Shown one piece after another: positions 61,837 through 64,000 of a stretch of 64,000 nt of DNA. Numbering within the stretch: position 1 is the stretch's first letter; every line of letters starts with the position of its first letter. This DNA is from Octopus vulgaris (taxonomy: Eukaryota), in contig OX597814.1 of assembly GCA_951406725.2 (NCBI GenBank), positions 20,584,001-20,648,000 of the forward strand, read 5' to 3'. A program made the position numbers and the translations under genes. Under the pieces are notes generated by a model that saw only the letters and a list, made by a program, of their open reading frames with translations, was not told the origin of the DNA and ran no database searches.

Positions 61837-63345
61837 ATCAAGTAAATGTGTCTAATTTGGGTGCAGCTATGAAGTTAGGAAGTTTATTTCACAACCAAAA
61901 CGGTTTCTAGTTTGAACGTAAATGCTTTCTAACACAGCTTTAGATTGATTTGATGTATTGTGAGTGAAACTTGCTTCACAGAATGTGAGTGTGTGTGTAC
62001 ATGTACTTTGTTCATTTGCATTCCTTTACAGAATAAATACCAAAAGATGTACAGTGGTTAATATAATTGACAAAATCTTTTGGAGACTGTGCTCTAACAT
62101 GGCAGTAGTCCAAAAACTGAAACTACTAAAAGAATAAGTGAATGTAAGTAAATTTTAGTTGTGAGTGTTTAGCCCCAAGTTAGTCCTGATTAAGAAGACA
62201 CATGACTATCCTAAACTTTTATATACCAAGAGGTACATTATCTAATGTCTCTGTCATCTTTTTTTAAATAGTAGGGTGTGGTCTGAGGCAGATGTAACTT
62301 CATTTATAGCAGGTCGAATAACGTTTAGATACAGATAACAATGTGTACATAAGTGTACAACAGGGTCAGATTTTATGGAAACTTAATTTTGTTCATAGCC
62401 CAGAATTTAGCCTAGTAAGTACAAGTAAGTAAAAAATACTTACAGAAAGCATAACATACAAATGGATTAAGAAATTGGCAAACATCCAATATATTAATGA
62501 CACAATTTAATTCATCATTATCTTTTAACATCTGCCTTCCTTGCTGGCATGGGTGGGATGGTTTGACATGAGCCAGCCAGGAAGACGCATGCATCAGACT
62601 TCTGTGACTGTTTTTGTAGGATTTTTACAGCTGGATGCCCTTCTTAACACCAACCACTCAGCAGGGTGAACTTAGTGCTTTTCATGTGGCACAAGCACAG
62701 ACAAGGTCAGTTTTGGCAAGGTTTTTACAACTCAATGCCCTTCCCAACACCAATCACTTTACAGTGTGGACTGGATACTTTTTAAGTAGTACTTGTACTG
62801 GTAGGGTCACCAAGTACCTTGCAAGACAAAAAAATCCTTTGAGAGGGGAGGGACATTGGAGGAGGTGATCTTGTGTCAGATGAAAGGTTATATTGAGACA
62901 GAGAGATAGAAACAGGTGTCTTGCTGTAGAGGAGGTAAATGGTTAGCCAGCCAGACAGAGAGAAAGAGGGAGATCAAGAATGAAGGCAGAAACAGGTGTG
63001 CTTTCGCTAAAGAGATACATAGTTACCCAACCTGAAGGAAGAGCAGCAGAAGGAGAGAGAGACAGCAGGGTAGAGATGGTGGCAAAGTGCTGGGTATACT
63101 CACAAAGGACAGGGATCAAAATATAAATGGGATGGTTGAGTAAAGGAAGAGAGATATATAGATGGTGGCAAGTGCTAGGGCATACCCTTGAGGTTTGAAT
63201 GTCATAATGTAAGTGGCAGGATATTGCAAAAGAAGCATGATATGAGAGTGTGGAGAGGGAGGGGGAAGTGAGTGGCAAAAATCTGGGTATACAGAGTGGG
63301 GGGGGGGGTGCAACCAGATAGCAATGATACAGAGAAACAAGGCCA

Positions 63346-63564
63346 TGGCAGAATCGTTAGCAGGCCGGGCGAAATGCTTAGCAGTATTTCGTCTGCCGCT
63401 GTGTTCTGAGTTCAAATTCCACCGAGGTCAACTTTTCCTTTCATCCTCTCGGGGTCGATAAATTAAGTACCAGTTACGCACTGGGGTCGATATAATCGAC
63501 TTAATCCGTTTGTCTGTCTTTGTTTGTCCCCTCTGTGTTTAGCTCCTTGTGAGCAATAAAGAAA
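63346..63564 (+). mobile_element. SINE family A
   Basis: Near-identical to 30392-30624. Confidence 0.85.
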
Positions 63565-63804
63565 AAAGAAACAGGGCCATGAGGACAGGATTGGGGAGTG
63601 AGAGGTAAGCATAGTATATGAAGGAGGAAATGTGAAGAAGAGAAGAAATGTAGAGCGATTTGTTGGGGTAAGTGTGTGAAAAGTTTTTGTTAACGAAGCC
63701 ACATTTGAATAATAATAACAACTTAGCTGTTGATTCAATAAAGAGCAAGCAATTGAGCAATTGATTCATGAACAGCAGCAAGAAAATGGAACAATATTTG
63801 GGAG

Positions 63805-64000
63805 TTTTGAAAGTGTAACTGCTAGAGTAAGAATAGCTTGGGCAAAGTTCAGAGAGCTCTTACCTCTGCTGGGGACAAAAGGCCTCTTGCTCAGAGTAAA
63901 AGGTAGACTATATGATGCATGTGTACGAACAGCCATGCTACATGGCAGTGAAACATGGGCCGTGACTGCTGAGGATATGCGTAAGCTCGCAAGAAATGAA
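63805..64000 (+). mobile_element. RTE-clade LINE fragment running off the window
   Basis: RVRIAWAKFRELLPLL..KGL.LRVKGRLYDACVRTAMLHGSETW. Confidence 0.88.

Overview
AT-rich, repeat-dense animal genomic DNA. The SINE/LINE repertoire looks like an Octopus (coleoid cephalopod) genome; this is recognition from memory, not a search. Two intron-rich genes lie in tandem on the minus strand. The first is a KIF14-type kinesin-3, with 19 coding exons reconstructed by hand from ATG 45302 to 17. They give about 851 codons with consistent splice phases (motor, neck coiled coil, FHA, stalk), and the gene runs off the left edge. The second is the last three coding exons of GLG1 (stop at 52356). Introns hold RTE and CR1 LINE fragments, tRNA-derived SINEs, Helitrons, MITEs, long foldback elements, solo LTRs and Penelope-like remnants. 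Three features stand out. (a) KIF14 intron 9 has no GT-AG solution and reads as a minor-spliceosome (U12) intron with AT-AA ends. (b) Directly upstream is a tandem duplicate of exon 9 with its own decayed U12 donor, resembling a U2/U12-incompatible mutually exclusive exon pair whose second member is now a stop-containing poison or pseudo-exon. (c) There are minimal hammerhead ribozyme motifs in Penelope-type repeats, including one with a compensatory G3:C8 core swap inside a 119-bp palindrome. No prokaryotic features or CRISPR arrays were found. Repeat boundaries are approximate unless TSDs or TIRs are quoted.
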